Of a stretch of 57,088 bases of DNA, positions 1 through 9,633 are shown in pieces. A model generated the notes under the pieces. That model searched no databases. It was not told the origin of the DNA and saw nothing but the letters and a program-made list of their open reading frames with translations. Both the position numbers and the translations under genes were made by a program. The stretch is from Thermodesulfobacteriota bacterium (GTDB lineage Bacteria; DASVDK01): contig DASVDK010000379.1 in assembly GCA_036381125.1 (NCBI GenBank), forward strand, positions 1 through 57,088, in the 5' to 3' direction. How positions within the stretch are numbered: position 1 is the stretch's first letter; each line of letters starts with the position of its first letter.

Positions 1-188
1 AGCCGCGCGAGCGAGGGGCACGGCTCCAGGACCGCCGCCAGGGGACGGCCCGTGTGGTCGCCGGATGGCAGGCCGAGGAGATCCCGGGCCGCATCGTTGA
101 GCAGGGTCACACGGCCGGCGGCGTCGACGGCGATCGCCCCGCTGCGGGCCACGGCGAGGAGACGGGCGACCAGGTGTGCGGACGACAT
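1..188 (-). CDS. PAS-domain sensor protein, N-terminal fragment (continues past window start)
   Basis: Absent from the ORF track because no stop lies in the window. The reverse complement from ATG (186-188) reads MSSAHLVARLLAVARSGAIAVDAAGRVTLLNDAARDLLGLPSGDHTGRPLAAVLEPCPSLAR, a typical PAS-fold N-terminus. Third codon positions are strongly G/C, as in neighbouring genes. Confidence 0.5.
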   Translation of the reverse strand, partial: MSSAHLVARLLAVARSGAIAVDAAGRVTLLNDAARDLLGLPSGDHTGRPLAAVLEPCPSLAR

Positions 189-448
189 GATGCGGATCTC
201 GAGGGAGCCGGCAAATCACACCGGCCGCGGTGTGTCCTGGCTCCCGGAAGCCGGGGGACCGTACCACGCCGCTTTCCGAGGGTCAAGACGTGAAGTGGCC
301 TAACTCCTCGAAATGCCGAGAGTCCTGGCAGTCGCTCGCCTGCCGGTCAGGCAAGCGCGCCGCAGTGCCGGCGCGACTCCCGCCGCGGTTGCCGGCGGCG
401 AGCCGCGGCCGGGCCGAGCGGCGGGTCCGGCCCGGGTGGGCGCGCGGC

Positions 449-2503
449 TCACCGCCGGGGGGAGCCTTTGCCGGAGACCGAGGGGGGCCGCACCAGGTAG
501 ACGTGGCGGGCGTAGGGCTCGAAGTCGTCGACGAGGACCCCCTCCCGAGGCGCGCAGGCCGACCGCCCCTCGAAGAGCACCGTCACGCAGCGCCCCGCGC
601 GCAGGCCCTCGATCCGCAGCGGCACCTGCGAGGCCGGCCGGCTCCACTCGTTGAGCGCGAGGAGCACCCGCGTGCCGTCGTGCGCCTCCCGGTAGAGGGT
701 CGAGACCTGCGGGTGGCCGCTCGTGCCGTCCCCCTCGGCCGACGCCTCGAGCGGGTAGGGCGCGTCGCGCGACGGCTCGCTCGCCGCCACGCTGCGGCCG
801 AGCGTCCGGCCGGCGCCGGCGTGCAGCAGCGGCAGGCCGAGCGCGGCCACCTCGCGGTTGGCCCGGCGCAGCGCCATCCACCAGGCGAGTCCCCGCTCGC
901 CGTAGCGGCCGCGCGGCCCCACGTCGCCGAAGGTCCAGACCATCTGCGCGCCGTGGACGAGGGCGAGGTAGTACTGGAACCGCACGCCGGTCTCGATCGG
1001 CTCCCACCTCGCCGGGTCGCGGAAGTCCTTCTCGCGGTAGGCCCGCGAGAGCGCCGCGATGGAGACCCACATCTGCCCCGGATCGACCGCCCGCCGCGCC
1101 GCCTCCGCCCACTGCGCGGTCTCGCCCCGAGGCGACCCGGGGTCGCCCGACGGGTAGCGGTCGAACGCCACGATGTCGCCGAGGTCGCTCGCCGCCTCGA
1201 GCATCCCCGGCTTCCAGGCCATCGCCCCCACGAAGGTCGCCAGGCTCGGCGCCTCGCGCGCGACGAGGGCGTAGAGCTGGCGGACGGTCTCCTCGGGGCT
1301 GCCCCAGGTGTCGTCGTCGTGGTCGAACTCGTCCTTGAGGTACCAGCCGACAACCGACGGGTGGTGCGAGTAGTCGCGGAGCGCCTGGCGCCAGACGCGC
1401 ACCACGCCCTGCGCGGTGCCGTCGTAGAGGCGGCGGTAGGGCCTGGCGAGGAACCAGGGGTCGACGCCCCCCTTCCCCTTGCGGCCCCAGTGGCGCACCC
1501 ACCACCTCCGCGTGTCGGTCTGGTTCCAGACCACCACGTCGAGCCCCGCGCGGCGGTACGCCTCGAGCTTCTCGGGCAGCCCCAGGTAGACGTCGCCCCG
1601 CCGCGTCGGCTCGCTCCGCCGGCTCGTCCAGGCCGCCCAGCCGGCCCCCTCCCCGCTCACCACGGCGAAGGCGGTGTCGAAGCCGGCCCATGCGAGGTTC
1701 TCGAACTGGTCGGGGTGGTAGTCGAGCATCGGGACCGTCGCGGCGATCGGGAAGGCCGGCCGACCGTCCGGCCGGTGGAACCCCCGCTCGCCGAAGCGAC
1801 GCTGCGGCCGCTCCGGCACGTCCGGCCAGAAGCCGGGGCGGGGCGCCTCCGGCTCCACGGCCGACGCCGGCTCGGTGGAGGCGACGAGGCGGTGCACCAG
1901 GGCGGAGCCGTAGAACTCGTTGCGTCCCCAGGTCCCGCCGCCGAGCCGCACCGCGAGGTACCCCTTCTCGGTCGGCCTGGCGCGGTCGAGCGGCACGACC
2001 ACCGACTTCCAGGCATGGTCGCGGCGCGACTCGAGCGCGGCGACCGTCCTGAACGCCCCTCCGTCCCAGACCGCCGCCGTGACGGCCGGCTTGGGACGGT
2101 AGCGGTCGATGCTCGGCGGGAAGAGGTTGTCCTTGTAGCGGATCGTGAGGCTGCGCCAGGGGGCCGTCGGCGCCAGCCGCACCTCGGCCACGTAGATCGG
2201 CTTGATGGCGCGCCAGCGCAGGCAGCCGCGGCCGCCCTCCGGGAGGTCGGACTCGGCGGCGTACGGGTACCAGCCGTCCTCGTGGTTCGGGCACTCGTAC
2301 CCCGTCGTGTGCCGCGACCAGCCGTGCCGGCCCTCGCCGTCGTCCGCGAGGACCAGGGGCGAGGCGGCCGACGGCGCCTCGAAGTCCGCGCCGGTGCCGA
2401 GGACGAGCGTCGCCTCGGCCGACCCGGCCGATCCGGCCGGCCGGCCGGACGACGACAGGGTGGCCCAGAGGAGGGCGAGCGCCACGAGCCAGGTCCGCCT
2501 CAC
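449..2503 (-). CDS. secreted glycoside-hydrolase-like protein, last gene of the polysaccharide operon
   Basis: C-terminal 684 codons of ORF 449..3223; the rest of that ORF is junk overlapping the next gene. GTG at 2503 gives a signal peptide (VRRTWLVALALLWATLSSSG) and overlaps the upstream stop (GTGA). VVGWYLKDEFDHDD and a C-terminal beta-sandwich-like tail (FEPYARHVYLV) resemble clan GH-A hydrolases. The family cannot be assigned by eye. Confidence 0.75.
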   Translation of the reverse strand: MRRTWLVALALLWATLSSSGRPAGSAGSAEATLVLGTGADFEAPSAASPLVLADDGEGRHGWSRHTTGYECPNHEDGWYPYAAESDLPEGGRGCLRWRAIKPIYVAEVRLAPTAPWRSLTIRYKDNLFPPSIDRYRPKPAVTAAVWDGGAFRTVAALESRRDHAWKSVVVPLDRARPTEKGYLAVRLGGGTWGRNEFYGSALVHRLVASTEPASAVEPEAPRPGFWPDVPERPQRRFGERGFHRPDGRPAFPIAATVPMLDYHPDQFENLAWAGFDTAFAVVSGEGAGWAAWTSRRSEPTRRGDVYLGLPEKLEAYRRAGLDVVVWNQTDTRRWWVRHWGRKGKGGVDPWFLARPYRRLYDGTAQGVVRVWRQALRDYSHHPSVVGWYLKDEFDHDDDTWGSPEETVRQLYALVAREAPSLATFVGAMAWKPGMLEAASDLGDIVAFDRYPSGDPGSPRGETAQWAEAARRAVDPGQMWVSIAALSRAYREKDFRDPARWEPIETGVRFQYYLALVHGAQMVWTFGDVGPRGRYGERGLAWWMALRRANREVAALGLPLLHAGAGRTLGRSVAASEPSRDAPYPLEASAEGDGTSGHPQVSTLYREAHDGTRVLLALNEWSRPASQVPLRIEGLRAGRCVTVLFEGRSACAPREGVLVDDFEPYARHVYLVRPPSVSGKGSPRR

Positions 2504-3495
2504 GCGTCCCGCCTCCGGTGCCCGTTGTCGCGCCAGATGCGCCACGACTGCCGGGCGAACCCGTAGAGGTAGCAGAGCCACGCCTCGCGGACGAAGGCGC
2601 CGGGGAGGTCGCCCCGGAGCATGCGCCCCGCCATGTCGAGGGCGGTGCCGACCGCCTGGCGCAGCATGAAGCGCGGCACGCCGGCGATGCGTGGGACCAG
2701 GCGGTAGTCGACGCCGAGCTCGTCGACCGGTGCGGTCTCGGTCACCAGCGCGCGCGAGATCCCCTTCCAGTAGAACCACTCGCGGTAGTACCGCTTCGTG
2801 AGCCGCCAGGCCGGGACGTGGTGGTGCACCACGAGGCCGGGCACGTACCGCCCCCGCCCTCCCGCCGCCTCGAGCCGCAGGAGGTGCTCCGGGAACTCCT
2901 GCCCGCGCAGCGTCGAGTGGTCGCGGCCGAGGTCGGTCCGGAAGAGCCCGGCCCGCTCGAAGGCGCGGCGGCGGTAGACGATGTTGGCGCCGAGCGGCAC
3001 CTTCCCCTCGAAGTCGAAGCCCTCGTCGCCGTAGTCGAGGATGGCGATCGTCCCGAAGAGGTCGCGCTCCGCCATGGAGAACCAGGCGGGCGGCTCGGTC
3101 TCCCAGAGCGGGAGGACCTTGCCGCCGAGGTAGTCGACGTCGGGGCGCTCGGCGAGGCTCCTGGCCGCCACGGCGAGCCAGTCGGGCGCGACGAGGACGT
3201 CGTCGTCCGTGAGCGCCACCCACTCGCTCGTCGTGGACGCGACGGCGAGGTTCAGGGCGAACGACTTGCCGGAGCGCGGCTCGCGGAGCGTCCGGCGCAC
3301 CGGGCCGCCGGGGCGGGCCCGCGCGACCCAGTCGCGCAGGAGCGCGGGGGTGTCGTCCGTCGAGCCGTTGTCCACCACCACCACCTCGTACGGCAGCCCC
3401 GGGTCGTCGAGCCGATCGATCGAGGCGAGCGCGTCGGCGAGGCGGCCGGCGCGGTTGTAGGTGCAGACGACGACGGAGGCGCGCGGGATCGTCAC
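2500..3495 (-). CDS. family 2 glycosyltransferase (GT-A fold)
   Basis: C-terminal 331 codons of ORF 2500..4566. GTG 3495 overlaps the upstream stop (GTGA). Motifs: ASVVVCTYNRAGRL, YEVVVVDNGSTDDT, TDDDV. Paralog of 6244..7269. Confidence 0.9.
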   Translation of the reverse strand: MTIPRASVVVCTYNRAGRLADALASIDRLDDPGLPYEVVVVDNGSTDDTPALLRDWVARARPGGPVRRTLREPRSGKSFALNLAVASTTSEWVALTDDDVLVAPDWLAVAARSLAERPDVDYLGGKVLPLWETEPPAWFSMAERDLFGTIAILDYGDEGFDFEGKVPLGANIVYRRRAFERAGLFRTDLGRDHSTLRGQEFPEHLLRLEAAGGRGRYVPGLVVHHHVPAWRLTKRYYREWFYWKGISRALVTETAPVDELGVDYRLVPRIAGVPRFMLRQAVGTALDMAGRMLRGDLPGAFVREAWLCYLYGFARQSWRIWRDNGHRRRDA

Positions 3496-4742
3496 GGTCG
3501 GCTTCCCAGGGTCACGGCGCCCCGCTCGTCGGCGTCGGCCGGCCGTCGTGCGCCGGTCGCCGCCGCGGCCGGCAGGCGCATCAGCTCGTAGCAGAGGGCG
3601 ACGGCGCGGTCGGTGGCGGTGCCGGGGCGGTAGAAGAGCCGCCGCGCCACCGCGCGGCGCTCGGCCGCCCGCGCCGAGGGGTCGGCGAGGCCCCGTCGGA
3701 CCGCGGCCGCAAGCTCGTCCGGCGCCGCGACCACGTCGGCCGCCTCGCGGATCCACCGCGCCTGGTCGGCGTTGACGCGCGCCCGGACGATCAGGTCGGG
3801 CAGGTCGAAGACGACGAGCGGCCGGTCGACGAGCAGGTACTCGAACGCGATCGAGGAGTGGTCGGAGACCAGGAGGTCGGCCGCGGCCAGCAGCGGCGTC
3901 GCGTCGGGCCAGGTCACGATCTTCACCGCCGGGTCGGCCTCGAGCGGCCGGAGCCGCTCGGCCCAGTCGATGCCGGCGGAGTAGCGCTCCCGCCGGTCGT
4001 ACGCCCGGTCGTGCAGCTTGACGACCACCTGGTGACCGGTCCGCCGGAGCGCCGCCACGATCGCCTCGCCGCCGAAGACGTGGAGCGACGCGGCGGCCGA
4101 CCAGGTCGGCGCGTAGAGGAGCACCGGCCTGGCCGGGTCGAGGCCCAGGCGCGCGAGCGTGGCCGCTCGCGGCCAGCGCCCCGTCACCAGGCCGTCCACC
4201 TTCGGGTAGCCGATCAGGACGGGCCGGGGGTCGTCCGGGCGGAGGAGCCCCACGGCCCGCCACTTGCGGAGGCGGTCCTCGTTGGCGAAGGCGATCCGGT
4301 CGAAGCGCTCGAGCGTGTCGAAGTGGCTCATGTCCCTGACCGGCGTCGTCGTCCCGTCCAGGTCGTACTTGCCGGCGACCCCGTGGAAGAAGTGCACGTG
4401 CGCGGCCCGGCGCCGAAGGCGCGCCATCCGGGCGAAGTCGCTGTTCAGGTAGAGGTCGACCTTGAGCCACTCGGCCCTCGCCTGCGGCACGACCCGCTCG
4501 GTGATGCCGAAGGCGCCGTAGAGGCGGTCGGCCGGCACGTCGCCCTCGGTGGCCGTGTACCAGCACTCGACGCGCGGGTCGGCCGCGAGCCGCTCGTGGA
4601 TCGGCGCGAGACAGGCGAAGTTCACCGGCGTGCGCGCCTCGAAGAGGACGCGGCGCCGGCGCGCCACGCGCGCGTGCCAGGCGTCGTCGAGGTCGCGGAC
4701 CGCCTCGACGACGCGGTGCCGGACGGCGCGCCAGCCGGTCAC
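3492..4742 (-). CDS. TagF/TagB-like CDP-alcohol (glycerophospho)transferase
   Basis: C-terminal 416 codons of ORF 3492..6035. GTG 4742 lies in a GTGA overlap. FFHGVAGKY, LLYAPTWS, VVKLHDRAYD and LVSDHSSIAFEYLLVDRPLV match the CDP-glycerol glycerophosphotransferase family. Paralog of 10367..11596. Confidence 0.85.
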   Translation of the reverse strand: MTGWRAVRHRVVEAVRDLDDAWHARVARRRRVLFEARTPVNFACLAPIHERLAADPRVECWYTATEGDVPADRLYGAFGITERVVPQARAEWLKVDLYLNSDFARMARLRRRAAHVHFFHGVAGKYDLDGTTTPVRDMSHFDTLERFDRIAFANEDRLRKWRAVGLLRPDDPRPVLIGYPKVDGLVTGRWPRAATLARLGLDPARPVLLYAPTWSAAASLHVFGGEAIVAALRRTGHQVVVKLHDRAYDRRERYSAGIDWAERLRPLEADPAVKIVTWPDATPLLAAADLLVSDHSSIAFEYLLVDRPLVVFDLPDLIVRARVNADQARWIREAADVVAAPDELAAAVRRGLADPSARAAERRAVARRLFYRPGTATDRAVALCYELMRLPAAAATGARRPADADERGAVTLGSRP

Positions 4743-6247
4743 GCGACGGCCGCCCTGAGCCGCGCCTGGAGCGTGGCTCGCGCGTCCGGCGTGAGGCCGA
4801 ACCCGTACACGAGGCCCAGGTAGAGCGCGGCCGCCGCGCCGCCGGAGGCGAGCACGGTGACGAGGTGGTTCGGCTCGAGCGTCTCGCGCAGGACCCAGAG
4901 CGCCGCCGCGGCGGGCAGGGCCGGCCAGAGCACCGGCCAGATCGCCTCCCGCCAGAACCGCGAGGCCGGCACGCCCAGGCGGCGGCAGGCCCGCGGCACC
5001 ACGAAGAAGGACCCCACCGACACCGGGACCGCCGTGCCGAGCGCGACGCCGAGGATCCCGAGCCGTCCCACGAGCGCGACCGACAGGGCGAGGTTGCAGG
5101 CGGCGACGGCGGCGTTGTTCGCCGCGAGGTACCGGTGCCCGCCCGCCCCCTTGAGGATGGTCGCGCCGGTCGCCTGGACGACGCGGACCAGCATGGAGAG
5201 GGCGAGGATCTGGAGGACCGGCGCGCTCGACGCCACGCTCGGGCCGACCCACGAGACGAGCAGCGGCTCGGCCAGGACGATCACGCCGACCCCGACCGCC
5301 AGGGCGAGGGCGGTCGACAGCCTCGTCCCCTCGAGCAGGAGCGTCACGAGCCGCCGATGGTCGCCGCGCGTGCCGAGGTCGACGACCGCCGGGAAGAGCA
5401 CGCCGTGGAACTGCGCCGTCAGGTCGCGCATGGTCTGCGCGACGCGGACCGACGGCGTGAAGAGCGAGACCGCGCCGGGGCCGAGCGCCCAGCCGATGAC
5501 GAAGGTGTCGAGCGAGTAGTTCACCTTGTGCGACCAGTCGAGGACCAGCAGGTAGCCGCTGAACGCGCCGACCTCGCGCAGCCTCGCCAGGCTGGCGAGG
5601 CGCGGCGAGATCTCGAGGTCGGGCTGCACCCGGTAGGCGTTCACCACGTAGGCGACGTAGGCCGCCAGGTGGACGGCCGTCGTGGCGACGACGACGGCGA
5701 GGACGCCGCCGTCTCGCTCGATGGCGATCACGTTGGCGGCCGCGGCGGCCAGCGCGGTCACGATCGCCACGGCGTTGTTCATCGCGTAGCGCTGCGCGCC
5801 GTTGATCACCGCGCCGAAGACCGACAGCGGGAGGCCGAGGGCCAGCCGGGCGGCCACGACGAGGAGCACCGTACGCCCCACCTCGGCCTGGGCCGGCCCG
5901 ACGGCGAAGAGCCGGTCGTAGGCGAGCGCGACGCCGCCCATGATCGCGAGCGCCGCCACCCCGGCGACCGAGAAGGCCGCGAAGACGGTGCTCGCGATCT
6001 CCGAGAGCCGGCGGCCGTCGCCCGTCGCGCGGCACTCGGCGACGAAGCGTACGAGGCCGCCCCCGAAGCCGAGGTCGAGGAACGACACGTACCGGGCGAC
6101 CGTGGCCGAGAGGATCCAGAGCCCGTAGTCCTCCGCGCCGAGGTGCCCCAGGTTGTAGGGCAGGAGCACCAGGCCGACGAGGGTGTCGACCGCCAGCGCG
6201 CCGTACCGCGCCGCGGTGTTGCGACCGAGCGTGCGGGCGTTGCTCAC
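4739..6247 (-). CDS. polysaccharide flippase (Wzx / MOP superfamily)
   Basis: C-terminal 502 codons of ORF 4739..6901. GTG 6247 lies in a GTGA overlap. The N-terminus NARTLGRNTAARYGALAVDTLVGLVLLPY and about 12-14 hydrophobic segments are typical of polysaccharide biosynthesis (Wzx-like) exporters. Confidence 0.85.
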   Translation of the reverse strand: MSNARTLGRNTAARYGALAVDTLVGLVLLPYNLGHLGAEDYGLWILSATVARYVSFLDLGFGGGLVRFVAECRATGDGRRLSEIASTVFAAFSVAGVAALAIMGGVALAYDRLFAVGPAQAEVGRTVLLVVAARLALGLPLSVFGAVINGAQRYAMNNAVAIVTALAAAAANVIAIERDGGVLAVVVATTAVHLAAYVAYVVNAYRVQPDLEISPRLASLARLREVGAFSGYLLVLDWSHKVNYSLDTFVIGWALGPGAVSLFTPSVRVAQTMRDLTAQFHGVLFPAVVDLGTRGDHRRLVTLLLEGTRLSTALALAVGVGVIVLAEPLLVSWVGPSVASSAPVLQILALSMLVRVVQATGATILKGAGGHRYLAANNAAVAACNLALSVALVGRLGILGVALGTAVPVSVGSFFVVPRACRRLGVPASRFWREAIWPVLWPALPAAAALWVLRETLEPNHLVTVLASGGAAAALYLGLVYGFGLTPDARATLQARLRAAVA

Positions 6248-7269
6248 GAGTCGCGCGTCGCCGCGGCCGCCGGCCCCGGCGTCCCCGGGGCGGCCGCCCG
6301 GGCGCTCGCCCCGGTCGGCGACGGGTCGCCGAACCAGGTGGCCCGTGCGTAGCCGGCCGCGTACCAGAGTCTGGCCTCGGCCTCGAAGGCGCCGGCCCGG
6401 TCGCCGCGGACCGCCCGCACCGCGAGGCGACCGGCCGCTTCGAGGACGTCTCGATAGAGACCGCGCGGCAGGCCGGCGATTCGCCGCACCTGCGACGCGG
6501 GGAGCCAGGCGCCCCGCACGTGGACCCGGTCCTTGACCGCCGCGCGCGAGATGCCCTTCCAGTAGAACCAGCGCCGGAAGTAGCCCTTCGTGAGCCGGTC
6601 GGGCGGGATCCAGTGCTGCACCACGGCGTCGGGCACGTACCAGCCGCCCCGGCCGCTCGCCGCCTTCAGGCGCTCGAGGAGCTCGGGCACCTCCTGCCCC
6701 TTGAGCGACGCCCTGTCGCGGCCGAGGTCCTCGCGGAAGCCGCCGGCCTCGAGGAGCGGCGCCCGCCGGAAGGCCATGTTCGCGCCGAGCGGCTTGCCGA
6801 GCGGCCGCGGCTCGTCGCCGTAGTCGAAGAGGGCGATCGCGCCCCAGATCTCCCCGCGGGTGCGACCGGCCGGCAGCCAGCCGGGGCGTTCGGCGCCCCA
6901 CCTGGGCACGACCCGACCGCCGAGGAAGTCGACCGGCCGGGCCGCGAAGGCGCGGGCGAAGGCCGCCAGCCAGCCGGCGTCGACGAGCACGTCGTCGTCG
7001 GTGAAGGCGATCCGGTCGCCTCGCGCCTCCCGGAGCCCCCGGTTGCGGGCCGCCGACAGCCCCCCCCTCGGCTCGTAGACGTAGCGCAACGCCACCGGAC
7101 TCCCGGCAGCGGCCCGCTCGACGACGGCGCGGGTGTCGTCGGTGGAGCCGTTGTCGACGACGACCACCTCGTAGGGCTCGCCGGGGTCGGCGAGCCGGCG
7201 CAGGGAGTCGAGCGTCTCGGCGAGGAGCCCGGCCCGGTCACGCGTGCAGATGAGGATGGTCCAGGTCAC
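6244..7269 (-). CDS. family 2 glycosyltransferase (GT-A fold)
   Basis: ORF 6244..7305. I prefer GTG 7269 because GGAGG lies 7 nt upstream (TGACGGAGGCGACACCGTG). Motifs: ILICTRDRAGLL, YEVVVVDNGSTDDT, TDDDV, WFYWKGISRA. Paralog of 2500..3495. Confidence 0.9.
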   Translation of the reverse strand: MTWTILICTRDRAGLLAETLDSLRRLADPGEPYEVVVVDNGSTDDTRAVVERAAAGSPVALRYVYEPRGGLSAARNRGLREARGDRIAFTDDDVLVDAGWLAAFARAFAARPVDFLGGRVVPRWGAERPGWLPAGRTRGEIWGAIALFDYGDEPRPLGKPLGANMAFRRAPLLEAGGFREDLGRDRASLKGQEVPELLERLKAASGRGGWYVPDAVVQHWIPPDRLTKGYFRRWFYWKGISRAAVKDRVHVRGAWLPASQVRRIAGLPRGLYRDVLEAAGRLAVRAVRGDRAGAFEAEARLWYAAGYARATWFGDPSPTGASARAAAPGTPGPAAAATRDS

Positions 7270-7282
7270 GGTGTCGCCTCCG

Positions 7283-8800
7283 TCATCGCCCCGCCTCCGC
7301 GGCACCCCGCGGGGCCGCGCGACCGGCCGGCCGGGCGGACCACCGCGAGAGCCGCACGGGGCCCGCGGGCGCGCCCTCTGCCGGCTCGGCCCGGGGGGCG
7401 CCGCCGGGGGCCTCGGCGTCGGCCATCCGCCGCAGCGCGACGGAGAGGCCGAGCAGGATGTAGAAGTGCCAGGTGTAGGCCTGCGACAGGAACATCGCGC
7501 CGACGAGGAAGCCGACGAGCGCCGTCTCGAGGCCGTGCGCCGTGCCGACGAGCCCGGGGTCGCGCGACCGCCGCGCGGCGGCTCGCGCGTTGCCGACTGC
7601 GGCCAGCGCCAGCGCGACGTAGACCGCGAGCCCGGCCCAGCCGATCTCGGCGCCGATCTGAATGAAGGCGTTGTGCGCCTCGTTCCACTTGCCGACGAAG
7701 CCGTGCCGCTCCCCCTCGGCGATGCGGAAGTTGCCGAGGCCGACGCCGACGACCGGATGCTCGAGGAGGATGGCGACGCCGTGGCGCAGCGTCGTCAGCC
7801 GCGCCTCGATCGAGCCGTTGTCCTCCCCGGTGACGATGGACGACGCGCGCTCGGAATAGCCGGAGGGGGCGACGGCGACGGCGACCCCGGCCAGGAGCAC
7901 GAGGCCGGCCAGGGCGAGCCCGCGGCCGTGCCGGGCGACCCGGCCGAGCCCGACCGCGGCCGCGGCCAGGAGCGCCAGGAGGCCGCCGCGCGAGAACGTG
8001 GACAGCACGCCGGCCAGCATGACGCCGATCGCGCCGACGTAGAGGAGCCGCAGCGCCCGGCTGCGGCTGCCGATCGCCTCGAAGCCGGCGAGCCCCATCA
8101 ACGCGACCAGCGAGAGGGCCAGGTCGTTCGGGTCGCCGAACATGCCGCCGACGATGCCCTCGGCGCGGCCGCCGTACCGGCTCGCCTCGCCGCTCGCGAC
8201 AAGGTAGAGGGCGCCCGCGGCGAGGTAGACGCCGGCGGCCGCCAGCACGGAGACCAGCACGCGGGCGCGCGCCGGCGTGTCGACGACGTGGGCGACGAGG
8301 ACGAAGGCCAGCGCCACCTTGACGAGCTGGTCGGTGAAGACCGCGAAGCTGCCGCCGGGCCAGAGGCCGAACGGGATCGACGCGGCCCCGAGCGCGAGCA
8401 GCGCGCCGACGAGCCAGACCTCCCGCCCGGCGCGGACGATCGGCTCGCCCCGCCGCAACGTGTCGGTCGCGTGGAAGAGGGCGGCGGCGAGCCCCAGCGC
8501 GAACGCGAGGTGAAGCACGGCGAGCGACGGCACGAGGTCCTGCGGACGCGTGTAGAGCACCACGAGGAAGAGCGCGAGCGCCCCGAACGCCGCGCTCGAC
8601 GAGCGCCCCGCCGCGAGGCGTGCGGCCGGCGCCGGCTCGATCGCCGCCGCCGGCGCGGCCGGGGCGCCGAGGCGGGCCGGCCGGTTGCCGTCGGTCGTCC
8701 GGCGGGGCCTCGCGCCGTCGAGCCGCCTCGGCGCGGCGCCGGCGGGCCGGTCGCCGGACGGCGCCCGGCCTCGCTCGATGAGCCTCACCCGGATGCTCAC
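7283..8800 (-). CDS. O-antigen ligase / Wzy-like polymerase family membrane protein
   Basis: C-terminal 505 codons of ORF 7283..9355. GTG 8800 lies in a GTGA overlap with the acyltransferase stop. It has many TM segments and a periplasmic-loop motif, GKWNEAHNAFIQIGAEIGWAGL, typical of the Wzy_C/O-antigen ligase domain. Confidence 0.8.
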   Translation of the reverse strand: MSIRVRLIERGRAPSGDRPAGAAPRRLDGARPRRTTDGNRPARLGAPAAPAAAIEPAPAARLAAGRSSSAAFGALALFLVVLYTRPQDLVPSLAVLHLAFALGLAAALFHATDTLRRGEPIVRAGREVWLVGALLALGAASIPFGLWPGGSFAVFTDQLVKVALAFVLVAHVVDTPARARVLVSVLAAAGVYLAAGALYLVASGEASRYGGRAEGIVGGMFGDPNDLALSLVALMGLAGFEAIGSRSRALRLLYVGAIGVMLAGVLSTFSRGGLLALLAAAAVGLGRVARHGRGLALAGLVLLAGVAVAVAPSGYSERASSIVTGEDNGSIEARLTTLRHGVAILLEHPVVGVGLGNFRIAEGERHGFVGKWNEAHNAFIQIGAEIGWAGLAVYVALALAAVGNARAAARRSRDPGLVGTAHGLETALVGFLVGAMFLSQAYTWHFYILLGLSVALRRMADAEAPGGAPRAEPAEGAPAGPVRLSRWSARPAGRAAPRGAAEAGR

Positions 8801-9567
8801 GGCGCCTCCCCCGCCGACCCGGCCGCGCCGTGCGGGGCGCACCCCTCCGGCGATGCCGTGTCGCGGCAGTCCGGCCTCACCACCCGTGCCGGGTTGCCGG
8901 CGACGACGCTGTAGGGCGGGACGTCCCGGGTGACGACGCTCCCCGAGGCGACCACGGCTCCCCGGCCGACGGTCACGCCCTTGAGGACGACGGCGCGCGT
9001 CCCGATCCAGGCGCCGTCCTCGATCCGGACCGGCCGCACGTCCGCGGCCGTGACCGGGTGACCCGCGGCGCGGCGCACCGGGTCGAGCGGGTGGCCGTCG
9101 TTGTCGGCGATCATGACCCGGTCGGACACGAGCACGTCGGAGCCGATCGTCACCCGCTCGGCGACGCTCACCGTGAGCTGGTGCCCCAGGAAGACCCGGT
9201 CGCCCACCTCGAAGACCGGCCGGTCGTGCACCTTGGCGGCGATGAGCGACGAGACGCCGTCGATCGCGACGTCGTCGCCGAGCCGGATCACGAGGTGCCC
9301 CTCGATGTACGGGATCCCGTTGGTCAGCCGCAGCCGCTCCCCCACTCGCTCGCATCGCGCCCGGAAGAGCGGCTCGTGATAGACCGCCTTGAGCAACGTC
9401 CGCCAGAGGCTCAGGCGCGCCTCGCGCTCGTAGTAGAGCGCCAGGTGGAGCGGACGGACCACCGGCAGGCGAGCCGACCGATAGGCCTTCGCCAGCCGGT
9501 AGAGCGCCCGGGCGGTCGGCGTCTCCCGCCGCCGCACGCGCAGCTTGAGCGCTTCGATCCCGATCAT
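8797..9567 (-). CDS. hexapeptide-repeat (left-handed beta-helix) acyltransferase
   Basis: ORF 8797..9567 with an ATG start. Repeated [LIV]-G-x-x-x-x units (VTIGSDVLVSDRVMIADNDGH, IEDGAWIGTRAVVLKGVTVGRGAVVASGSVV, then PPYSVVAGNPARV) are typical of polysaccharide O-acetyltransferases. Confidence 0.85.
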   Translation of the reverse strand: MIGIEALKLRVRRRETPTARALYRLAKAYRSARLPVVRPLHLALYYEREARLSLWRTLLKAVYHEPLFRARCERVGERLRLTNGIPYIEGHLVIRLGDDVAIDGVSSLIAAKVHDRPVFEVGDRVFLGHQLTVSVAERVTIGSDVLVSDRVMIADNDGHPLDPVRRAAGHPVTAADVRPVRIEDGAWIGTRAVVLKGVTVGRGAVVASGSVVTRDVPPYSVVAGNPARVVRPDCRDTASPEGCAPHGAAGSAGEAP

Positions 9568-9633
9568 GCGTCCCTCCCCGCGACTCCTCGGCTCAGGCCG
9601 TCACGGGCCCCGCCGTCCCGGAGCCGGACGCCG

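Noticed and set aside
449-3223. The full 924-aa version of the hydrolase ORF (and similar 5' extensions of ORFs 2500..4566, 3492..6035, 4739..6901, 7283..9355, 11646..13733, 15534..16748, 20564..22687, 27413..29443 and 53486..55714)
   Set aside because: The N-terminal extensions are Arg/Pro/Gly junk that completely overlaps the preceding gene. Protein-like sequence begins at internal GTG or ATG codons placed at GTGA/ATGA junctions or after good Shine-Dalgarno sites.
7283-8800. The possibility that this polytopic protein is the missing exosortase (EpsH/XrtA)
   Set aside because: The large loop motif NEAHNAFIQIGAEIGWAGL and the overall length fit the Wzy_C/O-antigen ligase family. I do not see the exosortase-type conserved Cys/Arg/His pattern.
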